Shown in pieces: positions 14,201 through 21,213 of a DNA stretch of 64,000 nucleotides. The position numbers and the translations under genes are program-made. Source of the DNA: Pseudomonadota bacterium (GTDB lineage Bacteria; Pseudomonadota; Gammaproteobacteria; JAIEPX01); NCBI GenBank assembly GCA_029777855.1, contig JAKORL010000170.1, positions 1,169 through 65,168 of the forward strand. Reading direction: 5' to 3'. How positions within the stretch are numbered: position 1 is the stretch's first letter; the number at the start of each line of letters is the position of its first letter. The notes beneath the pieces were generated by a model. That model was not told where the DNA came from and made no database searches. It saw only the letters and a program-made list of their open reading frames with translations.

Positions 14201-14619
14201 CTTATTCGCACCACATCAAAATGAGCTTCCCCTTCATCGTTGCACCACCCTGCGGGTAAATAACAAATACCTCCAAGGAGATCTGAATGCTCCTTAATCA
14301 CAACGAGCACTTTTTCTAAATCGATGTTTATTCCATTATTCGACAGGAATGAAGTGAAAAGCGCATAAATTTGCAATGTAGACTTTATTGCATGTTGAGG
14401 AACTTGAAGTTGTTCGTGAGTAATATTAAAAGGGATAGGGTATGCCGCTTGATCTAAATGAATAAGTTCATTGATATATTGAAGGGCCTGTTCAGCCAGC
14501 ATACCTTCCCAAGAAGAATCCCGAATGGCACTGGCATCATGTACCATGGCAAAAGCGCTGTTATTATGGGCCATTCTAGGTTTTGCATTTAATAAATCTT
14601 CGATTTTTGTTTGTTTCAT
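5257..14619 (-). CDS. giant (3120 aa) orphan protein with central P-loop NTPase-like core; effector candidate
   Basis: Uninterrupted 9.4-kb ORF. ATG at 14619 is preceded by AGAGGAAA; the ORF-track start at 14724 is a TTG with no SD. Walker-A-like AGGGKT at 8506..8523, DEGH at 8125..8136, and IIFTATPG near 7229..7252. No other domain was recognised by eye. Confidence 0.8.
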   Translation of the reverse strand: MKQTKIEDLLNAKPRMAHNNSAFAMVHDASAIRDSSWEGMLAEQALQYINELIHLDQAAYPIPFNITHEQLQVPQHAIKSTLQIYALFTSFLSNNGINIDLEKVLVVIKEHSDLLGGICYLPAGWCNDEGEAHFDVVRIRRLEDSKFACSILDRGDGIGFHQPMHQGKNSGKVKRNYSSDEFRIDFQSEFGLFFLESIIRLKIDRRPFDKTEKVVGLRNDYGTSNEIKFSSNKKNIRPYDKLDLYALLMTCGEPLSATDNKSAHSVTPQRTGTCPVTNSLLIISDSLKTVAQCSEVQSKRVTFVLKLASLIEGNKAYHQGNCPAKMFDWAIRESFVRMSKHYESLINDDEIQFCTDIVGKIREGFNQAQSILASKVCAVDTLPPLTGDYGTVEKKTAQPAEASGKTIITEGEYKENYIEFSPIKLTPHNVIEHINHTNAILEKHYSIYSMIYLYEMMRALPSTTGLPQDPFWDQLPQDQIPLLMDGFHKLVKHLDRYNKLPGCQPIEIALIAYDICAQLVHRLPNMYLNHEYVLGLSDVVSDKIFSEASVYFSVKQILLNFQRRMTGKKPVFSNCVRPNSEDFTCEWMSRYILTKDVKSKALSAFKDNGAVKSSIYSLSNEYYMNVFLTRKCEITNPHYDNSSIFSERTKTVEFPSENFLGHSFVHLLKISSVVHYRGGDRSYDMKRDARFDATPDLHFIENTAYHRQLNLQNALEQSVRRDFNGSAVGTTLMKHAPRSRAVRGAFGDFAENAIYYPLEELRVLKNTHDAYTYPRLVEFTPYHHEFSGSFDKESGAWSRYDINESDLEILDEAFKQIETAGSMQIPLLLEWCQYHVDKIVYNGVQSRIRSLLFSINKLDYALCHQHDAVIPLFNLFFDLSIKYYINRLEGEGTKEQLEALLFLIELQSEVLSYVKLCGALYGFDSTQLKIIDTREILQQLLDTKKSYDSNYKARKTKTRVASLLLLFYQHFNEFSQQDLWAILSAKLIASLDRQKGYDGHSLLDLHVIKAWPLFYAHINQLMVSLKQTELDRFINSVVKSALETDIQSEWSYKEGVLSSINPQITLTLRDGALFSNNNQVEDVTQIYAYNWRVWRELNLANRKISLLYDGKGYKENKLDLNIVYAPDYSWEFHAYQLTRCVKVFRGITINVQRMRFQLLATGNDDINPNEKEYFSNKKLTNPFGNETLASRDFIYSYWVNTEDENEIFVESTDYNGTAYHYTPTQGWLRLSVNAEGVWSEDGYILLDVGCPRSDIERKWMVYLNNTVGTNSVSASAQRTNDKEIVIQKMNWGLLGLRFLNVDGQLDCETHPGYFLTPIKSLPCLQGLTCLVVLENDKAERRYLFPAFKLLASPGSHNSALDSSPFLSRNEVLKSECFEYHLDLNNELKGDDVDDDLYLSIIYRCLGDYSRAMQCLNRTKHHKSNQEFQGRIIEMLLARGDLSSKGAAFDCHVAVRMFRHNNKWDERPYYKFTRSESFLRHVIKQFEFYKLSLSERREGITIIPHYLLLSDADCDIIHELKEIQHNKDMKNVGSWGYREKPLGLQIVRFGIELDRFDDEKEGVWFLKDSVSVSRGYNKAAEEWVKAHPVLECRSNPPLKPALRHYYDWVDKELDQFYLDKDRVHHPSINTAECLLEMNFLALFTLALDTNPVVEKRLKLILLTYKLNDAQVQNTYVNIINYILLNRAHFQQFRGKFKANRECMIAVYAHMRKLYDERILVTGPLIRSPIKQGLLQTVESLPGIFPANRTFVFSLVDYKMTSTSLHPLQSFVGEYFEEPKREPIAIIDNLPFSSENRRKRLEQECIKRLERGHEQNKTRIRLVYALKDSAKPIEKLREALVFKREDIIKESGLLQENILQLAKKNPFIDGQAEQGFNNHQRALGAYHIALQQAEQVPEMTISLLFEAYLKQDMNIIAHANVFLNQNDLDEIVKKLSDFAVLQSIINLCDDALEIIKDKKSFSELSNYHLQELARTLDKKRHFKISDYPEFLFYEYMSKKWIREDQYEPLDILIRYIEGELVDDEEVKHALLQFKAGGGKTWLLIPLLTFRFAQKGYLPIIFNTNELHHISLHELPPILRNTLQQLIEIIDRDLNHKWTSEELTQLLVDIKSWHKDKKALMLTPITWHALNSSKRIAYDTNDEPVAKAALAILEYFKQHAIKLEDEGHIQSDPLQQSIKTYGQMQSIPAEQLQVLIDFFDILLGVADNSKHIAEIAGIIEKGKKAVTEKELVVLKEELVQRVVEFRCYASVNRSQLKSYYTQEDRKKPEWLKQYRQNNRELASLIVLGRTLIQTLLKHILTLQYQKDFGKSVHFKDLSVGPKHDGKDVTAHFGDQILVAALTIELYAMTGVPVEQPTDYILEIIRLFESAHLKERRWNTKKITKAERSFNAKLPKDYRFISLDNLSAESKKALSDDPTVRFSPDMQKFFLFTYAFRQIRTPEFRVESTAADFQAGFTRSIIFTATPGLPEVYPVYLDKEHYFESAFFEAEVVQKMLDPKNSAYCMLEMTHDPKEMFNQIKTKYPDLFLKLCALFERGALFSDLTPTRVANAILASFDEGDERKTVQCFQNNLMVLVSKLKKLNNVTIPGTNVITAIKRQGLDPKKVLLFLFLDLIKTTGTDIKRPYNDVSGITIGKGQSLPVTIQAIMRFRPFLEQDGEALIWIIFKSLYNQINPGVEHFDLIKISEWFIENFADELNTKVINRAYQGIYEIIAGKIWKLIDQGTVPYSQHKTQLQQRYPIDPYVLYEVECIYDNPQAVLARYRDHLCQRFGLDWATDFTPTQVCRITRIINETEQLIELMREPHGAELNAQVCQEQTAQIEDEREVEQEQRIKSLVQVGKDFRFRMETYTRANTLQAIFLNDERDFKRIRFEKCSFKMPKLFLNVQNFCPFEDVSEFTATVKYLKPIQAVIVQCNLENNKIRFAALTTAGIQFYAAKIRDHADTKSCYCLVGFDEHILCSSHNMSPQIKERLLSDMRLKRMMAFCALLNGYIKDPKTLQQIVYKYRWDKSDFVQLISVIQKVQVTRSLMSIHSIQDFEEECGWRKVERPINLSEQKLSLFSSGAKSLPVVACQPLAALPERVSAARLLSTPRSVLSCVLFEQKPKLFEVWEVDNTTSAQTKK

Positions 14620-14804
14620 CACATTTCCTCTTGTAGCTTTCTGGTCACTATAGTCTCTATTACTGTCCCAAATCGTATCACAGTAAGATAAGGAATCACA
14701 GCTCCGAGACGCCACGCTTCCCAAATAGGCCCGAATATCTTGCGCTTTCTGATCAATTATGATATAAAATCGACGCGCTCAGAAGTAAAGAGATACACTG
14801 TGTC

Positions 14805-17800
14805 ATGATAGAACCAAAAGCAGAGAAATTAATACAATTCGAAGGGACTTTTAGCATCGAAAATCCTTCTGCTGATAATTTGGTGAAATTGACATTCAAA
14901 GACCAAGCAAGGGCAAGCGCCTTCTACAATGCTGTGGTTCAATTAATGCCTTTCATAAACACGGAATATCCGAAGCTTGTTGAGAAGGTAATTCTGCTGA
15001 CTCAAGAGCAATATTTTTTCTACCAACGATGCGCCACTGCAGAAACTGGCAAACTCACTACAGCCTATTTAGGTGAGAGTTTTTTAAAAACTTTGCGTTC
15101 CGATGAATTTGATTTTAGTCTCGCGTTTATATTAGGCATTATTCCCGGCCCCCAAAACAGGCGGCATCTCCAAAATTTGCGTCCAAAAAATCGAGAACCC
15201 GTCACAATTACTCCACAAGGTAAAATCGTACTAAGACAAGAAAAACAATCCACGCACACTTCAAAAGAAAAAGAAGGTTTTTCACAGATTCAGTCTTGTA
15301 CTCACATTGATGAAGAAGCACGCAGCGCAGCTTTTGGTCATAGTAAGGATCGGCAACTCTTTGGCATTATGACTCATATCGATGATACGTTGATTAGTCG
15401 CATGCTAATCAATGATTTTGGGACTGTTAGTCGATTATTCGATTTCTCCGACATTGAAAGCGCCACGACAAGTTCTAGCCATCAAAAATATTCAAATGGC
15501 TCTATTTTTCCGCCGTCTCTATTTAAATCATTCAAAGAAAATAATTTAAAATTTAGAAAAAATTACGGCGGCACTAATGAAGTACTAGCAAGATTACGCT
15601 TTAATCCTTATCGCTCTCTTATCGCAATTAATACTGATACTTTAGAAGCACGTTTATTAGCCAATTATTTTGCACAGGAATTGCTGCAATACTTTGCTGT
15701 TTATGCAGAAAGCCAATGCATGACATTGAATCCCCATTATAAAATACCTATTATTTTTTATGTTCCGAAATATTCACATGGATTCAGAAACTCGATCATG
15801 TCTCCTGCCCATGAATTGAAATTCTACACCTCTGCAATGCTTCAAAAAGATCGTGCTGAATCAGCATCAATATTCAAAAATAAAACACGTAGAATGGATT
15901 ATTATATACGTCAAAACTACGAATTTTTATTAGGCATGGGCGAAATAACGCCTGAAATTTTATTAGAACCCGTTGATACGATTCCACTCGCACTTGCAAT
16001 GATAAAGAATAGCAAGGTTCGTATGTTAACTCGTTTACTAGGGATAACAACACAACCTAACCTCAGCGATCAAGTATTTAATGCACTTTTAACAGAAGGC
16101 TGGATTACACAAAATGATACCATAATCGCTAAAATTATTATGGCAGAAGCCTTTGATATCGCAGATAAAATCATCCTCGCAACAATGACTATAAAAACCG
16201 CATTAACCTTGGAAAATACATTATTAATAGATCACATAGTAAGTTATGGAAACCCTCGTCATTTCAACTTTATGGGTCTTAATCAGATGTTGATCCATGC
16301 AGCCAAAAAGCGCTCATGGTTTTCAATTACACTTTGCCTTAAAGAATTCAGCCACATGGCCCATACTTTTCCACGAGAAATCATCACTGAAGCCATTAAA
16401 TCAAAGGAAGATGAAGCGATAACATTACTCAACAAGTATTACCCAAAGAGCGAAATTATAACCGACTTCGGCTATCTACTGCTCAATGCATTACAAGATC
16501 AAAAATTAAAATCGGCCAAATTCTTGTTGCAAGCTGGCGCCAAAGCAAACTGGCGTAATCAGCAAACTGAAATCAAATATCAACTATTATCTACTCTCTA
16601 TTATGCTGTTAAATTTGGTTTCAACGAACTTCTTCCTGCGCTAATTGAACATGAAAAAGAATGTCAAAACGAATTCTACCAAGCTCGACTTACATTGGCA
16701 CTTGATCTTGCCCACTGTCTACAGAACTACGAAGCAGTAACATTATTCAGTACTATTTGTAAACCAGTGCTAATAGACCCTGATAATATCCATTCCAGCA
16801 TTTGCAAGCTGATCTTAGAAGCTCTAGTTATCAGAGATAGTCAATTCGCTGAATTACGATTAATACGATATTGCCAAGAATACAACTTACTTCCAAACAC
16901 CAACTCTAACGTTTTAGATGGGATGGAAATTCTACAAGATCATTTCCCTCCAATTATCGAAAAAGAGGAAAAAATTATTTTCGCTAAAAAAATAACGCAT
17001 GAATTTAGAAGCCTTCTTTTTGATAATGAAGTCGATTTCGATAAATTTATTTCGCTACCAAATGAATCTACTTCTTTTGCAAAGAGTCTTATTGATATAC
17101 ATTATCAAAAAGCCGATATATTATATAAGGCGACCATCAGAACAGGGGATGTCAAATTCGAATTTGACACGCTCATAAAAATGAAACAATGGAAAACATT
17201 AAAACTGTTTACTCGATATAAGACCGATGCTGAAGGTAAAGTAGCTTATGGCTATGTATTACTCAAGGCTCTCGAATATCAGAAAACTGAGTTGGCAAAA
17301 TTATCATTAAAATCTGGCGCCAAAGCAAACTGGCGCAATCAGAAAACTAAACACAAATATCAGTTATTATCTACTCTATATTATGGAGTTAAATTTGGTT
17401 TCAACGAACTTCTTCCTGCGCTAATTGAACATGAAAAAGAATGTCAAAACGAATTTTACCATGCTCGAATTAGATTGGCACTTGATCTTGCTTACTGTGT
17501 AAATAATCACGTTGCTATAACATTATTAAGTACTATTTGCACCCCAGCCCTGATAGACCCTGACAATATCCATTCAAGCATTTGCAAGCTGGTGTTAGAA
17601 GCTTTAGCTATCAGAGATAGGGAAATCACTGAATTACGATTAATACAATATTGTCGCGAATACAATTTACTTCCAAACAACAACTCTAACATTCTAGATG
17701 GGATGGAAATTCTACAAGATCATTTCCCTCCGATTGTCGACAAACAGGCTAGATTTATTTTGGCTAAAATAATAACACAACAATATACAAGACCTCCTGT

Positions 17801-19796
17801 TAAAAATGATGACGATTGCTATGAATTTATTTTTATACAAGATGTATCTGCTTCACTTAGAGAGAATCTTCTTAATGAACAGTATCAAAAAGCTGATTTA
17901 CTATATAAGTTGACCATGACACCAAAAGATGTCCAGAATGAGCTGCACAAACTCATAAAAATGAATGATTGGAAAACATTAGAATTGTTTACTCGATATA
18001 AGGCCGATCCTGAAGATAAAGTAGCCTACGGTTATGTATTGCTCAAGGCTCTCGAAAATCAGAAACCCCAATTAGCAAAATTATATTTAAGAGCAGGCGC
18101 CAAATCAACATGGCGAAATTGGATGGCAAACGACGCCCACCCACTAATCTCTGCACTACTTCACGCTGTTAACCATGATTATCATGATCTCCTTCCCCAG
18201 CTAATAGAACTTGAAAAAAATACACCCGACGATCGCACACAAGCTAAACTCAGCCTAGCATTGGATCTTGCCTATGTACTCGGAAACCAAGAAGCCATTA
18301 CCTTACTGGAACAAAACAATGACACAGCGTCAACCATTGACTCTACGAATGTTGATAAAAGTATTTGTTCGCAGGTGTTTGAAGCTTTCTCGGTAGGATA
18401 TAGACAAGTCGGTGAACTGCGTCTACTTCGATATTGCCATGCCCACGCCTTAATGAGTAAAGAAAATCTTCGTGTTATTGATGGGTTAAATAGTCTTAAA
18501 ATTCATTTTCTCGATGCTCTTAAATTGCATACCCAAAACGATATCATAAGAATTCTAACAATCTTATTCGAAATACTAATAGCCGATGTAGATCCTGAGT
18601 TACTGAAATCATCACTTAATCTATTAGAATTTCATTACGATGAAGATTCTCTAGAGCCACTAAAAAAAGAAATTTATCGCGTAATTATGAAAAATCTGAC
18701 TACTGATAATTTTAACACAGTCAATGAGATCATTTCCCATCATGAATCAACAAGAAATAAGAGTTTTAAGCGAACCTGGACTGAAGTTATCCAAGAGGAA
18801 TTTTCTAAAAAAATATCTGCGTCTAAATTCAGTCAAACTCCAGACCCTATAGCTACATTACTCTATAAACTCGGAATACAGATATCCTCCCACTCATATT
18901 TTGAAGCTTTTGAGTATGCAGTAGCTACCAACAATGAAGAACTGAGCATGCTCTTAATAAATCACTCTTTAAGTGGCGACAAAGTAAAAGAAAGATCTCT
19001 CATTGATGCAATGAAGCACCATAATACACATCTCATACTATCTCTGATAACCAACACTAAATTCATCGTCACCTTAGACCTCATATCAGCCTCCATTAAA
19101 AACGATCTTTTTTTGGTATTATTATCATTACTCAAAAAAAGTGAGTTACAAAAAGATACAAATAAAAAGGAGAATTGGACTCTCTACGCTAACGTGTCAT
19201 ATACATCCCCAAAAGATCACCACTGGACCCTCTACTCCATATGGGCATACTGCACACTCACTGATGATAAGAGACGGGCTAGTTGTAAATTATTGACTCG
19301 AATATTTGGTGCCTCTAAGGTTATGCATTTTACGTTAGTGAATGTGTTGGTCATATTATCCTCGAAGTATATCACCTCAGACTCCCCTTCAATCTGGTCA
19401 AGATTAGATCAAGTCCTGGCTAGAGTATCTTCACAAGTATTGAGTTTCACAGCGTTTGAGAAGAAGCATCAATTCAAGTACGATCCAAAAGACAGTGATA
19501 CGCATAAAAAAATACTCACTTTACTCAATGAGTATTTTAGTCACGCTGATGCCATGCCAACGGAAGCTGTCATTATTAGAACCTTTAAAATAATACAAGA
19601 TCATTTTAAATTACTGTATGATAATTCTTTTCCTAATAAATTCTTCAAAATTAAGCCTCTTACACATCGTGATTATAATAAGGAAATTTATAACACTCTC
19701 AGGGATGTCGATGAGGCAATAAAGAACAGTAATACGCCTGATTTAGACCCCATTGATCAGAGCTTAGATGACAAAATGGTTTGTAACAGGCAATAA
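14805..19796 (+). CDS. 1663-aa ankyrin-like repeat protein with three 260-aa tandem units; effector candidate
   Basis: Long ORF divergent from the giant gene. The units contain LLxAGAKANWRN...STLYYAVKFGFNELLPALIEH, matching the ankyrin consensus (LL.aGA.vN ... TpLh.Av..g). The N- and C-terminal ~550 aa are orphan. Confidence 0.75.
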   Translation: MIEPKAEKLIQFEGTFSIENPSADNLVKLTFKDQARASAFYNAVVQLMPFINTEYPKLVEKVILLTQEQYFFYQRCATAETGKLTTAYLGESFLKTLRSDEFDFSLAFILGIIPGPQNRRHLQNLRPKNREPVTITPQGKIVLRQEKQSTHTSKEKEGFSQIQSCTHIDEEARSAAFGHSKDRQLFGIMTHIDDTLISRMLINDFGTVSRLFDFSDIESATTSSSHQKYSNGSIFPPSLFKSFKENNLKFRKNYGGTNEVLARLRFNPYRSLIAINTDTLEARLLANYFAQELLQYFAVYAESQCMTLNPHYKIPIIFYVPKYSHGFRNSIMSPAHELKFYTSAMLQKDRAESASIFKNKTRRMDYYIRQNYEFLLGMGEITPEILLEPVDTIPLALAMIKNSKVRMLTRLLGITTQPNLSDQVFNALLTEGWITQNDTIIAKIIMAEAFDIADKIILATMTIKTALTLENTLLIDHIVSYGNPRHFNFMGLNQMLIHAAKKRSWFSITLCLKEFSHMAHTFPREIITEAIKSKEDEAITLLNKYYPKSEIITDFGYLLLNALQDQKLKSAKFLLQAGAKANWRNQQTEIKYQLLSTLYYAVKFGFNELLPALIEHEKECQNEFYQARLTLALDLAHCLQNYEAVTLFSTICKPVLIDPDNIHSSICKLILEALVIRDSQFAELRLIRYCQEYNLLPNTNSNVLDGMEILQDHFPPIIEKEEKIIFAKKITHEFRSLLFDNEVDFDKFISLPNESTSFAKSLIDIHYQKADILYKATIRTGDVKFEFDTLIKMKQWKTLKLFTRYKTDAEGKVAYGYVLLKALEYQKTELAKLSLKSGAKANWRNQKTKHKYQLLSTLYYGVKFGFNELLPALIEHEKECQNEFYHARIRLALDLAYCVNNHVAITLLSTICTPALIDPDNIHSSICKLVLEALAIRDREITELRLIQYCREYNLLPNNNSNILDGMEILQDHFPPIVDKQARFILAKIITQQYTRPPVKNDDDCYEFIFIQDVSASLRENLLNEQYQKADLLYKLTMTPKDVQNELHKLIKMNDWKTLELFTRYKADPEDKVAYGYVLLKALENQKPQLAKLYLRAGAKSTWRNWMANDAHPLISALLHAVNHDYHDLLPQLIELEKNTPDDRTQAKLSLALDLAYVLGNQEAITLLEQNNDTASTIDSTNVDKSICSQVFEAFSVGYRQVGELRLLRYCHAHALMSKENLRVIDGLNSLKIHFLDALKLHTQNDIIRILTILFEILIADVDPELLKSSLNLLEFHYDEDSLEPLKKEIYRVIMKNLTTDNFNTVNEIISHHESTRNKSFKRTWTEVIQEEFSKKISASKFSQTPDPIATLLYKLGIQISSHSYFEAFEYAVATNNEELSMLLINHSLSGDKVKERSLIDAMKHHNTHLILSLITNTKFIVTLDLISASIKNDLFLVLLSLLKKSELQKDTNKKENWTLYANVSYTSPKDHHWTLYSIWAYCTLTDDKRRASCKLLTRIFGASKVMHFTLVNVLVILSSKYITSDSPSIWSRLDQVLARVSSQVLSFTAFEKKHQFKYDPKDSDTHKKILTLLNEYFSHADAMPTEAVIIRTFKIIQDHFKLLYDNSFPNKFFKIKPLTHRDYNKEIYNTLRDVDEAIKNSNTPDLDPIDQSLDDKMVCNRQ
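16470..18560 (+). repeat. in-frame tandem repeat, period exactly 780 bp, about 2.7 units
   Basis: GGCTAT/GGCTAT/GGTTAT unit landmarks at 16470, 17250 and 18030. Units 1 and 2 are nearly identical over long stretches (for example 16611-16680 vs 17391-17460, with 1 mismatch seen). Unit 3 is diverged. Confidence 0.85.
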
Positions 19797-19805
19797 ATTA
19801 CAGTA

Positions 19806-19875
19806 AAGGTGTCAGATCTAAGATTGATATATTCTCAAAAACTTGAGAATATATCAATCTTAGATCTGACACCTT
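19806..19875. repeat. palindromic MITE-like element, short form (perfect 33-bp arms, 4-nt loop)
   Basis: AAGGTGTCAGATCTAAGATTGATATATTCTCAA-AAAC-TTGAGAATATATCAATCTTAGATCTGACACCTT. It lies between the ankyrin gene and the mtaD-like gene. Confidence 0.9.
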
Positions 19876-19893
19876 AGCTCCAAGGACCTTGCA

Positions 19894-21213
19894 ATGCAGA
19901 ACGTTGAAATGCTGATTCATGCGCGCTGGCTGATACCCATCATTCCACGTAATTTAGTTTTGGATTATCACAGCATCGCAGTCAACCACAATAAAATAGT
20001 TTCGATTTTGCCTACATCTGAAGCTAAAAAACAGTATCATGCAGATAAAATTCACGAGCTTAATGATCATGTGGTATTACCAGGTTTTGTGAATACCCAT
20101 ACTCACAGTCCAATGACATTATTTCGAGGATTAGCGGACGATCTAAAATTAATGGATTGGCTTGAGAATCATATTTGGCCCGCTGAAGTCGCTAGTATTA
20201 ATCCTGAATTCATTCGAGATGGGATGCAGCTGGCGATGGCAGAAATGTTGTTGAGCGGAACAACGTGTTTTAACGAGCATTATTTTTACCCAGACATTAT
20301 TGCACAATGTGTTGCAGAAGCTGGAATGAGAGCCTGCGTAGGAATGCTCATCATGTCTGTCCCTACACCCTACTCTCAAACCGCTGAAGAAGCTTTTCAG
20401 AAAGCGGAGCACTGCTTAGCGAAAGGATCACCAAACTCACTGATACAATTTAGTCTAGGCCCGCATTCTCCCTACGCAACCGATGACAGCATACTACTAA
20501 AAATAAAAAAATTGTCCGAGGAAATGAACCTGCTCATTCATATGCATATCCATGAAACCGCAGATGAAGTTGAGCGAGGTTTGAAGGAATATCATAAACG
20601 CCCCCTACAAAGACTGGCAGAACTGGACTTCTTGTCTCCTCGATTACAAGCCGTGCACATGACTCAAACCTCTGATGAAGATATCAAACTGCTCCAACAA
20701 TCAGGTACTCACGTTGTTCATTGTCCTGAAGGTAATTTAAAGCTAGCTAGCGGATGCTGCCCCGTGCAAAAAATACGTCATGCGGGCATTAATATTGCTA
20801 TTGGAACCGATGGCGCTGCGAGCAATAATAATTTGGATATGTTTGGCGAAATGCGTACCGCAGCATTGCTGGGTAAAATGGTTGCGAACGATCCCACAGC
20901 CACAAGCGCCACTGACGTGCTTGAAATGGCGACCTTAGGAGGAGCCAAAGCTCTACACCTAGAACACGAAATTGGTTCATTAGAAACCGGAAAATCCGCC
21001 GATTTTATTGCTGTTAATCTCAATGAGGTGAATACACAACCTGTATACAATCCCATCTCGCAGCTTGTTTATGCTTGCCATAGCACCCAAGTGACAGATG
21101 TTTGGATCGCGGGTAAACAGCTCGTCAAAAACAAGCAGCTGCAAACGATCTATCAAAATCAGTGTCTTGCAATAGCACAGTCTTGGCAATCCAAATTGGA
21201 ATCGCACAAGTAA
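19894..21213 (+). CDS. mtaD: amidohydrolase of the TRZ/ATZ family, probable 5-methylthioadenosine/S-adenosylhomocysteine deaminase
   Basis: 439 aa. Contains the metal-binding motif GFVNTHTHSPMT, HMHIHET and a later AIGTDGAASNN. AAGGA lies 7 nt before the ATG. Confidence 0.7.
   Translation: MQNVEMLIHARWLIPIIPRNLVLDYHSIAVNHNKIVSILPTSEAKKQYHADKIHELNDHVVLPGFVNTHTHSPMTLFRGLADDLKLMDWLENHIWPAEVASINPEFIRDGMQLAMAEMLLSGTTCFNEHYFYPDIIAQCVAEAGMRACVGMLIMSVPTPYSQTAEEAFQKAEHCLAKGSPNSLIQFSLGPHSPYATDDSILLKIKKLSEEMNLLIHMHIHETADEVERGLKEYHKRPLQRLAELDFLSPRLQAVHMTQTSDEDIKLLQQSGTHVVHCPEGNLKLASGCCPVQKIRHAGINIAIGTDGAASNNNLDMFGEMRTAALLGKMVANDPTATSATDVLEMATLGGAKALHLEHEIGSLETGKSADFIAVNLNEVNTQPVYNPISQLVYACHSTQVTDVWIAGKQLVKNKQLQTIYQNQCLAIAQSWQSKLESHK

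Noticed and set aside
5257-14619. Giant ORF as a lymphostatin/LifA or large clostridial toxin-type cytotoxin (similar size)
   Set aside because: I could not find the glycosyltransferase DXD context (YLDxD) or the ordered C/H/D protease motif of that family. The only clear motifs are P-loop/DExH-like.
14620-14724. Extended start (ORF-track M at 14724) for the giant gene
   Set aside because: The codon at 14724 is TTG with no SD. The ATG at 14619 has AGAGGAAA 5 nt upstream, so I call the shorter form.
19782-19796. C-terminal CNRQ of the ankyrin-like protein as a CaaX box
   Set aside because: The Cys is at position -4, but the two middle residues (N, R) are not aliphatic. This is non-canonical, unlike CVLC on the CE-clan protein.
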